From Balanoglossus misakiensis (lineage: Eukaryota > Animalia > Hemichordata): 64,000 bases of DNA. The position numbers and the translations under genes are program-made. Shown here in pieces: positions 25,401 through 40,400 of the stretch (position 1 is its first letter; each line of letters opens with the position of its first letter). The notes beneath the pieces are model-generated. The model made no database searches. It was not told the origin of the DNA and saw only the letters and a program-made list of their open reading frames with translations. The stretch covers positions 14,296,450 through 14,360,449 of the forward strand of contig CM082579.2 of assembly GCA_040954595.2 (NCBI GenBank), written 5' to 3'.

Positions 25401-28400
25401 GAAAAAAATCATGGGGGAAAATCATGAAAAAATGACAAATTTTCCTCTTTGCAAAATCTCAAAATTTCGTCCATTTTTGAAAAAAAATCATGGGTAAAAA
25501 TCATCAAAAATGACAAATTTTCGTCTTTGCAAAATCTCAAATTTTCGTCGATTTTTGAAAAAAATCATGGGGGAAAATCATGAAAAAATGACAAATTTTG
25601 AAAAAAAAAAACTGGTGAAAATCATCAAAAAATGACACATTTACGACTTTGCAAAATCTCAAAATTTCGTCGATTTTGAAAAAAAATCATGGGTGAAAAT
25701 CATCAAAAAATGACAAATTTTCGTCTTTGCAAAATCTCAAAATTTCGTCCATTTTTGAAAAAAAATCATGGGTAAAAATCATCAAAAATGACAAATTTTC
25801 GTCTTTGCAAAATCTCAAATTTTCGTCGATTTTTGAAAAAAAATCATGGTTGAAAATCATCAAAAAATGACAAAATTTTCGACTTTGTAAAATCACAAAA
25901 TTTCGTCGATTTTTGAAAAAAATCATGGGGGAAAATCATGAAAAAATGACAAATTTTCCTCTTTGCAAAATCTCAAAATTTCGTCGATTTTTGAAAAAAA
26001 ATCATGGGTGAAAATCATCAAAAAATGACAAATTTTCGTCTTTGCAAAATCTCAAAATTTCGTCCATTTTTGAAAAAAAATCATGGGTAAAAATCATCAA
26101 AAATGACAAATTTTCGTCTTTGCAAAATCTCAAATTTTCGTCGATTTTTGAAAAAAAATCATGGTTGAAAATCATCAAAAAATGACAAAATTTTCGACTT
26201 TGTAAAATCACAAAATTTCGTCGATTTTTGAAAAAAATCATGGGGGAAAATCATGAAAAAATGACAAATTTTCCTCTTTGCAAAATCTCAAAATTTCGTC
26301 GATTTTTGAAAAAAAATCATGGGTGAAAATCATCAAAAATGACAAATTTTCGTCTTTGCAAAATCTCAAATTTTCGTCGATTTTTGAAAAAAAATCATGG
26401 TTGAAAATCATCAAAAAATGACAAAATTTTCGACTTTGTAAAATCACAAAATTTCGTCGATTTTGAAAAAAATCATAGGTTCGTCGATTTTTTAAAAAAA
26501 AAACATGGGTGAAAATCATCAAAAAATGACAAATTTTGAAAAAAAAACGGGTGAAAATCATCAAAAAATGACACATTTTCGTCGACTTTGCAAAATCTCA
26601 AAATTTCGTCGATTTTTGAAAAAAATCATGGGGGAAAATCATGAAAAAATGACAAATTTTCCTCTTTGCAAAATCTCAAAATTTCGTCGATTTTTAAAAA
26701 AAGACATGGGTGAAAATCATCAAAAAATAACCAATTTTCGACTTTGCAAAACCTCAAAATTTCGTCCATTTTTGAAAAAAAATCATGGGTAAAAATCATC
26801 AAAAAATGACAAATTTTGAAAAAAAAACGGGTGAAAATCATCAAAAAATGACACATTTTCGACTTTGCAAAATCTCAAAATTTCGTCAATTTTTGAAAAA
26901 AAATCATGGGTGAAAATCATCAAAAAATGACAAATTTTCGTCTTTGCAAAATCTCAAAATTTCGTCCATTTCTGAAAAAAAATTATGGGTAAAAATCATC
27001 AAAAATGACAAATTTTCATCTTTGCAAAATCTCAAATTTTCGTCGATTTTTGAAAAAAAATCATGGTTGAAAATCATCAAAAAATGACAAAATTTTCGAC
27101 TTTGCAAAATCTCAAAATTTGGTCGATTTTTGAAAAAAATCATGGGGGAAAATCATGAAAAAATTACAAATTCTCCTCTTTGCAAAATCTCAAAATTTCG
27201 TCGATTTTTGAAAAAAAATCATGGGTGAAAATCATCAAAAAATGACAAATTTTCGTCTTTGCAAAATCTCAAAATTTCGTCCATTTTTGAAAAAAATCAC
27301 TGGTGAAAATCATCAAAAAATGACAAATTTTCGACTTTGCAAAATCTCAACATTTCGTCAATTTTTGAAAAAAATCATGGGGGAAAATCATGAAAAAATG
27401 ACAAATTTTCCTCTTTGCAAAATCTCAAAATTTCGTCGATTTTTGAAAAAAAATCATTGGTGAAAATCATCAAAAAATGACAAATTTTCCTCTTTGCAAA
27501 ATCTCAAAATTTCGTCGATTTTTGAAAAAAAATCATGGTTAAAAATCATCAAAAAATGACAAAATTTTCGACTTTGTAAAATCACAAAATTTCGTCGATT
27601 TTGAAAAAAATCATAGGTTCGTCGATTTTTAAAAAAAAAACATGGGTGAAAATCATCAAAAAATGACAAATTTTGAAAAAAAAAACGGGTGAAAATCATC
27701 AAAAAATTACACATTTTCCTCTGCAAAATCTCAAAATTTCGTCGTTTTTTGAAAAAAAATCATTGGTGAAAATCATCAAAAAATGACAAATTTTCGTCTT
27801 TGCAAAATCTCAAAATTTCGTCCATTTTTGAAAAAAAATCATGGGTAAAAATCATCAAAAATGACAAATTTTCGTCTTTGCAAAATCTCAAATTTTCGTC
27901 GATTTTTGAAAAAAATCATGGGGGAAAATCATGAAAAAATGACAAATTTTCCTATTTGCAAAATCTCAAAATTTCGTCGATTTTTGAAAAAAATCATGGG
28001 TGAAAATCATGAAAAAATGACAAATTTTCCTCTTTGCAAAATCTCAAAATTTCGTCGTTTTTTGAAAAAAAATCATGGGTGAAAATCATCAAAAAATGAC
28101 AAATTTTCGTCTTTGCAAAATCTCAAAATTTCGTCCATTTTAGAAAAAAAATCATGGGTAAAAATCATCGAAAATGACAAATTTTCGTCTTTGCAAAATC
28201 TCAAATTTTCGTCGATTTTTGAAAAAAATCATGGGGGAAAATCATGAAAAAATGACAAATTTTGAAAAAAAAAATGGTGAAAATCATCAAAAAATGACAC
28301 ATTTACGACTTTGCAAAATCTCAAAATTTCGTCAATTTTTGAAAAAAAATCATGGGTGAAAATCATCAAAAAATGACAAATTTTCGTCTTTGCAAAATCT

Positions 28401-31400
28401 CTAAATTTCGTCCATTTCTGAAAAAAAATTATGGGTAAAAATCATCAAAAATGACAAATTTTCATCTTTGCAAAATCTCAAATTTTCGTCGATTTTTGAA
28501 AAAAAAACATGGTTGAAAATCATCAAAAAATGACAAAATTTTCGACTTTGCAAAATCTCAAAATTTGGTCGATTTTTGAAAAAAATCATGGGGGAAAATC
28601 ATGAAAAAATGACAAATTCTCCTCTTTGCAAAATCTCAAAATTTCGTCGATTTTTGAAAAAAAATCATGGGTGAAAATCATCAAAAAATGACAAATTTTC
28701 GTCTTTGCAAAATCTCAAAATTTCGTCCATTTTTGAAAAAAATCACTGGTGAAAATCATCAAATAATGACAAATTTTCTACTTTGCAAAATCTCAACATT
28801 TCGTCAATTTTTGAAAAAAATCATGGGGGAAAATCATGAAAAAATGACAAATTTTCCTCTTTGCAAAATCTCAAAATTTCGTCGATTTTTGAAAAAAAAT
28901 CATTGGAGAAAATCATCAAAAAATGACAAATTTTCCTCTTTGCAAAATCTCAAAATTTCGTCGATTTTTGAAAAAAAAATCATGGTTAAAAATCATCAAA
29001 AAATGACAAAATTTTCGACTTTGTAAAATCACAAAATTTCGTCGATTTTTGAAAAAAATCATGGGGGAAAATCATGAAAAAATGACAAATTTTCCTCTTT
29101 GCAAAATCTCAAAATTTCGTCGATTTTTGAAAAAAAATCATGGGTGAAAATCATCAAAAATGACAAATTTTCGTCTTTGCAAAATCTCAAATTTTCGTCG
29201 ATTTTTGAAAAAAAATCATGGTTGAAAATCATCAAAAAATGACAAAATTTTCGACTTTGTAAAATCACAAAATTTCGTCGATTTTGAAAAAAATCATAGG
29301 TTCGTCGATTTTTTAAAAAAAAAACATGGGTGAAAATCATCAAAAAATGACAAATTTTGAAAAAAACGGGTGAAAATCATCAAAAAATGACACATTTTCG
29401 TCGACTTTGCAAAATCTCAAAATTTCGTCGATTTTTGAAAAAAATCATGGGGGAAAATCATGAAAAAATGACAAATTTTCCTCTTTGCAAAATCTCAAAA
29501 TTTCGTCGATTTTTAAAAAAAGACATGGGTGAAAATCATCAAAAAATAACCAATTTTCGACTTTGCAAAACCTCAAAATTTCGTCCATTTTTGAAAAAAA
29601 ATCATGGGTAAAAATCATCAAAAAATGACAAATTTTGAAAAAAAAACGGGTGAAAATCATCAAAAAATGACACATTTTCGACTTTGCAAAATCTCAAAAT
29701 TTCGTCAATTTTTGAAAAAAAATCATGGGTGAAAATCATCAAAAAATGACAAATTTTCGTCTTTGCAAAATCTCAAAATTTCGTCCATTTCTGAAAAAAA
29801 ATTATGGGTAAAAATCATCAAAAATGACAAATTTTCATCTTTGCAAAATCTCAAATTTTCGTCGATTTTTGAAAAAAAATCATGGTTGAAAATCATCAAA
29901 AAATGACAAAATTTTCGACTTTGCAAAATCTCAAAATTTGGTCGATTTTTGAAAAAAATCATGGGGGAAAATCATGAAAAAATTACAAATTCTCCTCTTT
30001 GCAAAATCTCAAAATTTCGTCGATTTTTGAAAAAAAATCATGGGTGAAAATCATCAAAAAATGACAAATTTTCGTCTTTGCAAAATCTCAAAATTTCGTC
30101 CATTTTTGAAAAAAATCACTGGTGAAAATCATCAAAAAATGACAAATTTTCGACTTTGCAAAATCTCAACATTTCGTCAATTTTTGAAAAAAATCATGGG
30201 GGAAAATCATGAAAAAATGACAAATTTTCCTCTTTGCAAAATCTCAAAATTTCGTCGATTTTTGAAAAAAAATCATTGGTGAAAATCATCAAAAAATGAC
30301 AAATTTTCGTCTTTGCAAAATCTCAAAATTTCGTCCATTTTTGAAAAAAAATCATGGGTAAAAATCATCAAAAATGACAAATTTTCGTCTTTGCAAAATC
30401 TCAAATTTTCGTCGATTTTTGAAAAAAATCATGGGGGAAAATCATGAAAAAATGACAAATTTTCCTATTTGCAAAATCTCAAAATTTCGTCGATTTTTGA
30501 AAAAAATCATGGGTGAAAATCATGAAAAAATGACAAATTTTCCTCTTTGCAAAATCTCAAAATTTCGTCGTTTTTTGAAAAAAAATCATGGGTGAAAATC
30601 ATCAAAAAATGACAAATTTTCGTCTTTGCAAAATCTCAAAATTTCGTCCATTTTAGAAAAAAAATCATGGGTAAAAATCATCGAAAATGACAAATTTTCG
30701 TCTTTGCAAAATCTCAAATTTTCGTCGATTTTTGAAAAAAATCATGGGGGAAAATCATGAAAAAATGACAAATTTTGAAAAAAAAAATGGTGAAAATCAT
30801 CAAAAAATGACACATTTACGACTTTGCAAAATCTCAAAATTTCGTCAATTTTTGAAAAAAAATCATGGGTGAAAATCATCAAAAAATGACAAATTTTCGT
30901 CTTTGCAAAATCTCTAAATTTCGTCCATTTCTGAAAAAAAATTATGGGTAAAAATCATCAAAAATGACAAATTTTCATCTTTGCAAAATCTCAAATTTTC
31001 GTCGATTTTTGAAAAAAAAACATGGTTGAAAATCATCAAAAAATGACAAAATTTTCGACTTTGCAAAATCTCAAAATTTGGTCGATTTTTGAAAAAAATC
31101 ATGGGGGAAAATCATGAAAAAATGACAAATTCTCCTCTTTGCAAAATCTCAAAATTTCGTCGATTTTGAAAAAAAATCATGGGTGAAAATCATCAAAAAA
31201 TGACAAATTTTCGTCTTTGCAAAATCTCAAAATTTCGTCCATTTTTGAAAAAAATCACTGGTGAAAATCATCAAATAATGACAAATTTTCTACTTTGCAA
31301 AATCTCAACATTTCGTCAATTTTTGAAAAAAATCATGGGGGAAAATCATGAAAAAATGACAAATTTTCCTCTTTGCAAAATCTCAAAATTTCGTCGATTT

Positions 31401-34400
31401 TTGAAAAAAAATCATTGGAGAAAATCATCAAAAAATGACAAATTTTCCTCTTTGCAAAATCTCAAAATTTCGTCGATTTTGAAAAAAAAATCATGGTTAA
31501 AAATCATCAAAAAATGACAAAATTTTCGACTTTGTAAAATCACAAAATTTCGTCGATTTTGAAAAAAATCATAGGTTCGTCGATTTTTAAAAAAAAAACA
31601 TGGGTGAAAATCATCAAAAAATGACAAATTTTGAAAAAAAAAACGGGTGAAAATCATCAAAAAATGACACATTTTCCTCTGCAAAATCTCAAAATTTCGT
31701 CGTTTTTTGAAAAAAAATCATTGGTGAAAATCATCAAAAAATGACAAATTTTCGTCTTTGCAAAATCTCAAAATTTCGTCCATTTTTGAAAAAAAATCAT
31801 GGGTAAAAATCATCAAAAATGACAAATTTTCGTCTTTGCAAAATCTCAAATTTTCGTCGATTTTTGAAAAAAATCATGGGGGAAAATCATGAAAAAATGA
31901 CAAATTTTCCTATTTGCAAAATCTCAAAATTTCGTCGATTTTTGAAAAAAATCATGGGTGAAAATCATGAAAAAATGACAAATTTTCCTCTTTGCAAAAT
32001 CTCAAAATTTCGTCGTTTTTTGAAAAAAAATCATGGGTGAAAATCATCAAAAAATGACAAATTTTCGTCTTTGCAAAATCTCAAAATTTCGTCCATTTTA
32101 GAAAAAAAATCATGGGTAAAAATCATCGAAAATGACAAATTTTCGTCTTTGCAAAATCTCAAATTTTCGTCGATTTTTGAAAAAAATCATGGGGGAAAAT
32201 CATGAAAAAATGACAAATTTTGAAAAAAAAAATGGTGAAAATCATCAAAAAATGACACATTTACGACTTTGCAAAATCTCAAAATTTCGTCGATTTTTGA
32301 AAAAAAATCATGGGTGAAAATCATCAAAAAATGACAAATTTTCGTCTTTGCAAAATCTCAAAATTTCGTCCATTTTTGAAAAAAAATCATGGGTAAAAAT
32401 CATCAAAAATGACAAATTTTCCTCTTTGCAAAATCTCAAAATTTCGTCGATTTTTGAAAAAAAATCATGGGTGAAAATCATCAAAAAATGACAAATTTTC
32501 GTCTTTGCAAAATCTCAAAATTTCGTCGATTTTTGAAAAAAAATCATGGTTAAAAATCATCAAAAAATGACAAAATTTTCGACTTTGTAAAATCACAAAA
32601 TTTCGTCGATTTTGAAAAAAATCATAGGTTCGTCGATTTTTAAAAAAAAAACATGGGTGAAAATCATCAAAAAATGACAAATTTTGAAAAAAAAAACGGG
32701 TGAAAATCATCAAAAAATGACACATTTTCCTCTGCAAAATCTCAAAATTTCGTCGTTTTTTGAAAAAAAATCATTGGTGAAAATCATCAAAAAATGACAA
32801 ATTTTCGTCTTTGCAAAATCTCAAAATTTCGTCCATTTTTGAAAAAAAATCATGGGTAAAAATCATCAAAAATGACAAATTTTCGTCTTTGCAAAATCTC
32901 AAATTTTCGTCGATTTTTGAAAAAAATCATGGGGGAAAATCATGAAAAAATGACAAATTTTCCTCTTTGCAAAATCTCAAAATTTCGTCGATTTTTGAAA
33001 AAAATCATGGGTGAAAATCATGAAAAAATGACAAATTTTCCTCTTTGCAAAATCTCAAAATTTCGTCGTTTTTTGAAAAAAAATCATGGGTGAAAATCAT
33101 CAAAAAATGACAAATTTTCGTCTTTGCAAAATCTCAAAATTTCGTCCATTTTAGAAAAAAAATCATGGGTAAAAATCATCGAAAATGACAAATTTTCGTC
33201 TTTGCAAAATCTCAAATTTTCGTCGATTTTTGAAAAAAATCATGGGGGAAAATCATGAAAAAATGACAAGTTTTGAAAAAAAAAACTGGTGAAAATCATC
33301 AAAAAATGACACATTTACGACTTTGCAAAATCTCAAAATTTCGTCGATTTTTGAAAAAAAATCATGGGTGAAAATCATCAAAAAATGACAAATTTTCGTC
33401 TTTGCAAAATCTCAAAATTTCGTCCATTTTTGAAAAAAAATCATGGGTAAAAATCATCAAAAATGACAAATTTTCGTCTTTGCAAAATCTCAAATTTTCG
33501 TCGATTTTTGAAAAAAAATCATGGTTGAAAATCATCAAAAAATGACAAAATTTTCGACTTTGTAAAATCACAAAATTTCGTCGATTTTTGAAAAAAATCA
33601 TGGGGGAAAATCATGAAAAAATGACAAATTTTCCTCTTTGCAAAATCTCAAAATTTCGTCCATTTTTGAAAAAAAATCATGGGTAAAAATCATCAAAAAT
33701 GACAAATTTTCGTCTTTGCAAAATCTCAAATTTTCGTCGATTTTTGAAAAAAATCATGGGGGAAAATCATGAAAAAATGACAAATTTTGAAAAAAAAAAC
33801 TGGTGAAAATCATCAAAAAATGACACATTTACGACTTTGCAAAATCTCAAAATTTCGTCGATTTTTGAAAAAAAATCATGGGTGAAAATCATCAAAAAAT
33901 GACAAATTTTCGTCTTTGCAAAATCTCAAAATTTCGTCCATTTTTGAAAAAAAATCATGGGTAAAAATCATCAAAAATGACAAATTTTCGTCTTTGCAAA
34001 ATCTCAAATTTTCGTCGATTTTTGAAAAAAAATCATGGTTGAAAATCATCAAAAAATGACAAAATTTTCGACTTTGTAAAATCACAAAATTTCGTCGATT
34101 TTTGAAAAAAATCATGGGGGAAAATCATGAAAAAATGACAAATTTTCCTCTTTGCAAAATCTCAAAATTTCGTCGATTTTTGAAAAAAAATCATGGGTGA
34201 AAATCATCAAAAAATGACAAATTTTCGTCTTTGCAAAATCTCAAAATTTCGTCCATTTTTGAAAAAAAATCATGGGTAAAAATCATCAAAAATGACAAAT
34301 TTTCGTCTTTGCAAAATCTCAAATTTTCGTTGATTTTTGAAAAAAAATCATGGTTGAAAATCATCAAAAAATGACAAAATTTTCGACTTTGTAAAATCAC

Positions 34401-37400
34401 AAAATTTCGTCGATTTTTGAAAAAAATCATGGGGGAAAATCATGAAAAAATGACAAATTTTCCTCTTTGCAAAATCTCAAAATTTCGTCGATTTTTGAAA
34501 AAAAATCATGGGTGAAAATCATCAAAAATGACAAATTTTCGTCTTTGCAAAATCTCAAATTTTCGTCGATTTTTGAAAAAAAATCATGGTTGAAAATCAT
34601 CAAAAAATGACAAAATTTTCGACTTTGTAAAATCACAAAATTTCGTCGATTTTGAAAAAAATCATAGGTTCGTCGATTTTTTAAAAAAAAAAACATGGGT
34701 GAAAATCATCAAAAAATGACAAATTTTGAAAAAAAACGGGTGAAAATCATCAAAAAATGACACATTTTCGTCGACTTTGCAAAATCTCAAAATTTCGTCG
34801 ATTTTTGAAAAAAATCATGGGGGAAAATCATGAAAAAATGACAAATTTTCCTCTTTGCAAAATCTCAAAATTTCGTCGATTTTTAAAAAAAGACATGGGT
34901 GAAAATCATCAAAAAATAACCAATTTTCGACTTTGCAAAACCTCAAAATTTCGTCCATTTTTGAAAAAAAATCATGGGTAAAAATCATCAAAAAATGACA
35001 AATTTTCGTCTTTGCAAAATCTCACAATTTCGTCGATTTTTGAAAAAAATCATGTGTGAAAATCATCAAAAAATGACAAATTTTCGACTTTGCAAAATCT
35101 CAAAATTTCGTCAATTTTTGAAAAAATCATGGGTGAAAATCATCAAAAAATAACAAATTTTCGTCTTTGCAAAATCTCAAAATTTCGTCCATTTTTGAAA
35201 AAAAATCATGGGTAAAAATCATCAAAAATGACAAATTTTCGTCTTTGCAAAATCTCAAATTTTCGTCGATTTTTGAAAAAAAATCATGGTTGAAAATCAT
35301 CAAAAAATGACAAAATTTTCGACTTTGTAAAATCACAAAATTTCGTCGATTTTTGAAAAAAATCATGGGGGAAAATCATGAAAAAATGACAAATTTTCCT
35401 CTTTGCAAAATCTCAAAATTTCGTCCATTTTTGAAAAAAAATCATGGGTAAAAATCATCAAAAATGACAAATTTTTGTCTTTGCAAAATCTCAAATTTTC
35501 GTCGATTTTTGAAAAAAAATCATGGTTGAAAATCATCAAAAAATGACAAAATTTTCGACTTTGTAAAATCACAAAATTTCGTCGATTTTGAAAAAAATCA
35601 TAGGTTCGTCGATTTTTTAAAAAAAAAACATGGGTGAAAATCATCAAAAAATGACAAATTTTGAAAAAAAACGGGTGAAAATCATCAAAAAATGACACAT
35701 TTTCGTCGACTTTGCAAAATCTCAAAATTTCGTCGATTTTTGAAAAAAATCATGGGGGAAAATCATGAAAAAATGACAAATTTTCCTCTTTGCAAAATCT
35801 CAAAATTTCGTCGATTTTTAAAAAAAGACATGGGTGAAAATCATCAAAAAATGACAAATTTTCGTCTTTGCAAAATCTCAAAATTTCGTCCATTTTTGAA
35901 AAAAAATCATGGGTAAAAATCATCAAAAATGACAAATTTTCGTCTTTGCAAAATCTCAAATTTTCGTCGATTTTTGAAAAAAAATCATGGTTGAAAATCA
36001 TCAAAAAATGACAAAATTTTCGACTTTGTAAAATCACAAAATTTCGTCGATTTTTGAAAAAAATCATGGGGGAAAATCATGAAAAAATGACAAATTTTCC
36101 TCTTTGCAAAATCTCAAAATTTCGTCGATTTTTGAAAAAAAATCATGGGTGAAAATCATCAAAAAATGACAAATTTTCGTCTTTGCAAAATCTCAAAATT
36201 TCGTCCATTTTTGAAAAAAAATCATGGGTAAAAATCATCAAAAATGACAAATTTTCGTCTTTGCAAAATCTCAAATTTTCGTCGATTTTTGAAAAAAAAT
36301 CATGGTTGAAAATCATCAAAAAATGACAAAATTTTCGACTTTGTAAAATCACAAAATTTCGTCGATTTTTGAAAAAAATCATGGGGGAAAATCATGAAAA
36401 AATGACAAATTTTCCTCTTTGCAAAATCTCAAAATTTCGTCGATTTTTGAAAAAAAATCATGGGTGAAAATCATCAAAAATGACAAATTTTCGTCTTTGC
36501 AAAATCTCAAATTTTCGTCGATTTTTGAAAAAAAATCATGGTTGAAAATCATCAAAAAATGACAAAATTTTCGACTTTGTAAAATCACAAAATTTCGTCG
36601 ATTTTGAAAAAAATCATAGGTTCGTCGATTTTTTAAAAAAAAAACATGGGTGAAAATCATCAAAAAATGACAAATTTTGAAAAAAAACGGGTGAAAATCA
36701 TCAAAAAATGACACATTTTCGTCGACTTTGCAAAATCTCAAAATTTCGTCGATTTTTGAAAAAAATCATGGGGGAAAATCATGAAAAAATGACAAATTTT
36801 CCTCTTTGCAAAATCTCAAAATTTCGTCGATTTTTAAAAAAAGACATGGGTGAAAATCATCAAAAAATAACCAATTTTCGACTTTGCAAAACCTCAAAAT
36901 TTCGTCCATTTTTGAAAAAAAATCATGGGTAAAAATCATCAAAAAATGACAAATTTTGAAAAAAAAACGGGTGAAAATCATCAAAAAATGACACATTTTC
37001 GACTTTGCAAAATCTCAAAATTTCGTCAATTTTTGAAAAAAAATCATGGGTGAAAATCATCAAAAAATGACAAATTTTCGTCTTTGCAAAATCTCAAAAT
37101 TTCGTCCATTTCTGAAAAAAAATTATGGGTAAAAATCATCAAAAATGACAAATTTTCATCTTTGCAAAATCTCAAATTTTCGTCGATTTTTGAAAAAAAA
37201 TCATGGTTGAAAATCATCAAAAAATGACAAAATTTTCGACTTTGCAAAATCTCAAAATTTGGTCGATTTTTGAAAAAAATCATGGGGGAAAATCATGAAA
37301 AAATTACAAATTCTCCTCTTTGCAAAATCTCAAAATTTCGTCGATTTTTGAAAAAAAATCATGGGTGAAAATCATCAAAAAATGACAAATTTTCGTCTTT

Positions 37401-40400
37401 GCAAAATCTCAAAATTTCGTCCATTTTTGAAAAAAATCACTGGTGAAAATCATCAAAAAATGACAAATTTTCGACTTTGCAAAATCTCAACATTTCGTCA
37501 ATTTTTGAAAAAAATCATGGGGGAAAATCATGAAAAAATGACAAATTTTCCTCTTTGCAAAATCTCAAAATTTCGTCGATTTTTGAAAAAAAATCATTGG
37601 TGAAAATCATCAAAAAATGACAAATTTTCCTCTTTGCAAAATCTCAAAATTTCGTCGATTTTTGAAAAAAAATCATGGTTAAAAATCATCAAAAAATGAC
37701 AAAATTTTCGACTTTGTAAAATCACAAAATTTCGTCGATTTTGAAAAAAATCATAGGTTCGTCGATTTTTAAAAAAAAAACATGGGTGAAAATCATCAAA
37801 AAATGACAAATTTTGAAAAAAAAACGGGTGAAAATCATCAAAAAATTACACATTTTCCTCTGCAAAATCTCAAAATTTCGTCGTTTTTTGAAAAAAAATC
37901 ATTGGTGAAAATCATCAAAAAATGACAAATTTTCGTCTTTGCAAAATCTCAAAATTTCGTCCATTTTTGAAAAAAAATCATGGGTAAAAATCATCAAAAA
38001 TGACAAATTTTCGTCTTTGCAAAATCTCAAATTTTCGTCGATTTTTGAAAAAAATCATGGGGGAAAATCATGAAAAAATGACAAATTTTCCTATTTGCAA
38101 AATCTCAAAATTTCGTCGATTTTTGAAAAAAATCATGGGTGAAAATCATGAAAAAATGACAAATTTTCCTCTTTGCAAAATCTCAAAATTTCGTCGTTTT
38201 TTGAAAAAAAATCATGGGTGAAAATCATCAAAAAATGACAAATTTTCGTCTTTGCAAAATCTCAAAATTTCGTCCATTTTAGAAAAAAAATCATGGGTAA
38301 AAATCATCGAAAATGACAAATTTTCGTCTTTGCAAAATCTCAAATTTTCGTCGATTTTTGAAAAAAATCATGGGGGAAAATCATGAAAAAATGACAAATT
38401 TTGAAAAAAAAAATGGTGAAAATCATCAAAAAATGACACATTTACGACTTTGCAAAATCTCAAAATTTCGTCAATTTTTGAAAAAAAATCATGGGTGAAA
38501 ATCATCAAAAAATGACAAATTTTCGTCTTTGCAAAATCTCTAAATTTCGTCCATTTCTGAAAAAAATTATGGGTAAAAATCATCAAAAATGACAAATTTT
38601 CATCTTTGCAAAATCTCAAATTTTCGTCGATTTTTGAAAAAAAAACATGGTTGAAAATCATCAAAAAATGACAAAATTTTCGACTTTGCAAAATCTCAAA
38701 ATTTGGTCGATTTTTGAAAAAAATCATGGGGGAAAATCATGAAAAAATGACAAATTCTCCTCTTTGCAAAATCTCAAAATTTCGTCGATTTTTGAAAAAA
38801 AATCATGGGTGAAAATCATCAAAAAATGACAAATTTTCGTCTTTGCAAAATCTCAAAATTTCGTCCATTTTTGAAAAAAATCACTGGTGAAAATCATCAA
38901 ATAATGACAAATTTTCTACTTTGCAAAATCTCAACATTTCGTCAATTTTTGAAAAAAATCATGGGGGAAAATCATGAAAAAATGACAAATTTTCCTCTTT
39001 GCAAAATCTCAAAATTTCGTCGATTTTTGAAAAAAAATCATTGGAGAAAATCATCAAAAAATGACAAATTTTCCTCTTTGCAAAATCTCAAAATTTCGTC
39101 GATTTTTGAAAAAAAAATCATGGTTAAAAATCATCAAAAAATGACAAAATTTTCGACTTTGTAAAATCACAAAATTTCGTCGATTTTGAAAAAAATCATA
39201 GGTTCGTCGATTTTTAAAAAAAAAACATGGGTGAAAATCATCAAAAAATGACAAATTTTGAAAAAAAAAACGGGTGAAAATCATCAAAAAATGACACATT
39301 TTCCTCTGCAAAATCTCAAAATTTCGTCGTTTTTTGAAAAAAAATCATTGGTGAAAATCATCAAAAAATGACAAATTTTCGTCTTTGCAAAATCTCAAAA
39401 TTTCGTCCATTTTTGAAAAAAAATCATGGGTAAAAATCATCAAAAATGACAAATTTTCGTCTTTGCAAAATCTCAAATTTTCGTCGATTTTTGAAAAAAA
39501 TCATGGGGGAAAATCATGAAAAAATGACAAATTTTCCTATTTGCAAAATCTCAAAATTTCGTCGATTTTTGAAAAAAATCATGGGTGAAAATCATGAAAA
39601 AATGACAAATTTTCCTCTTTGCAAAATCTCAAAATTTCGTCGTTTTTTGAAAAAAAATCATGGGTGAAAATCATCAAAAAATGACAAATTTTCGTCTTTG
39701 CAAAATCTCAAAATTTCGTCCATTTTAGAAAAAAAATCATGGGTAAAAATCATCGAAAATGACAAATTTTCGTCTTTGCAAAATCTCAAATTTTCGTCGA
39801 TTTTTGAAAAAAATCATGGGGGAAAATCATGAAAAAATGACAAATTTTGAAAAAAAAAATGGTGAAAATCATCAAAAAATGACACATTTACGACTTTGCA
39901 AAATCTCAAAATTTCGTCGATTTTTGAAAAAAAATCATGGGTGAAAATCATCAAAAAATGACAAATTTTCGTCTTTGCAAAATCTCAAAATTTCGTCCAT
40001 TTTTGAAAAAAAATCATGGGTAAAAATCATCAAAAATGACAAATTTTCCTCTTTGCAAAATCTCAAAATTTCGTCGATTTTTGAAAAAAAAATCATGGGT
40101 GAAAATCATCAAAAAATGACAAATTTTCGTCTTTGCAAAATCTCAAAATTTCGTCGATTTTTGAAAAAAAATCATGGTTAAAAATCATCAAAAAATGACA
40201 AAATTTTCGACTTTGTAAAATCACAAAATTTCGTCGATTTTGAAAAAAATCATAGGTTCGTCGATTTTTAAAAAAAAAACATGGGTGAAAATCATCAAAA
40301 AATGACAAATTTTGAAAAAAAAAACGGGTGAAAATCATCAAAAAATGACACATTTTCCTCTGCAAAATCTCAAAATTTCGTCGTTTTTTGAAAAAAAATC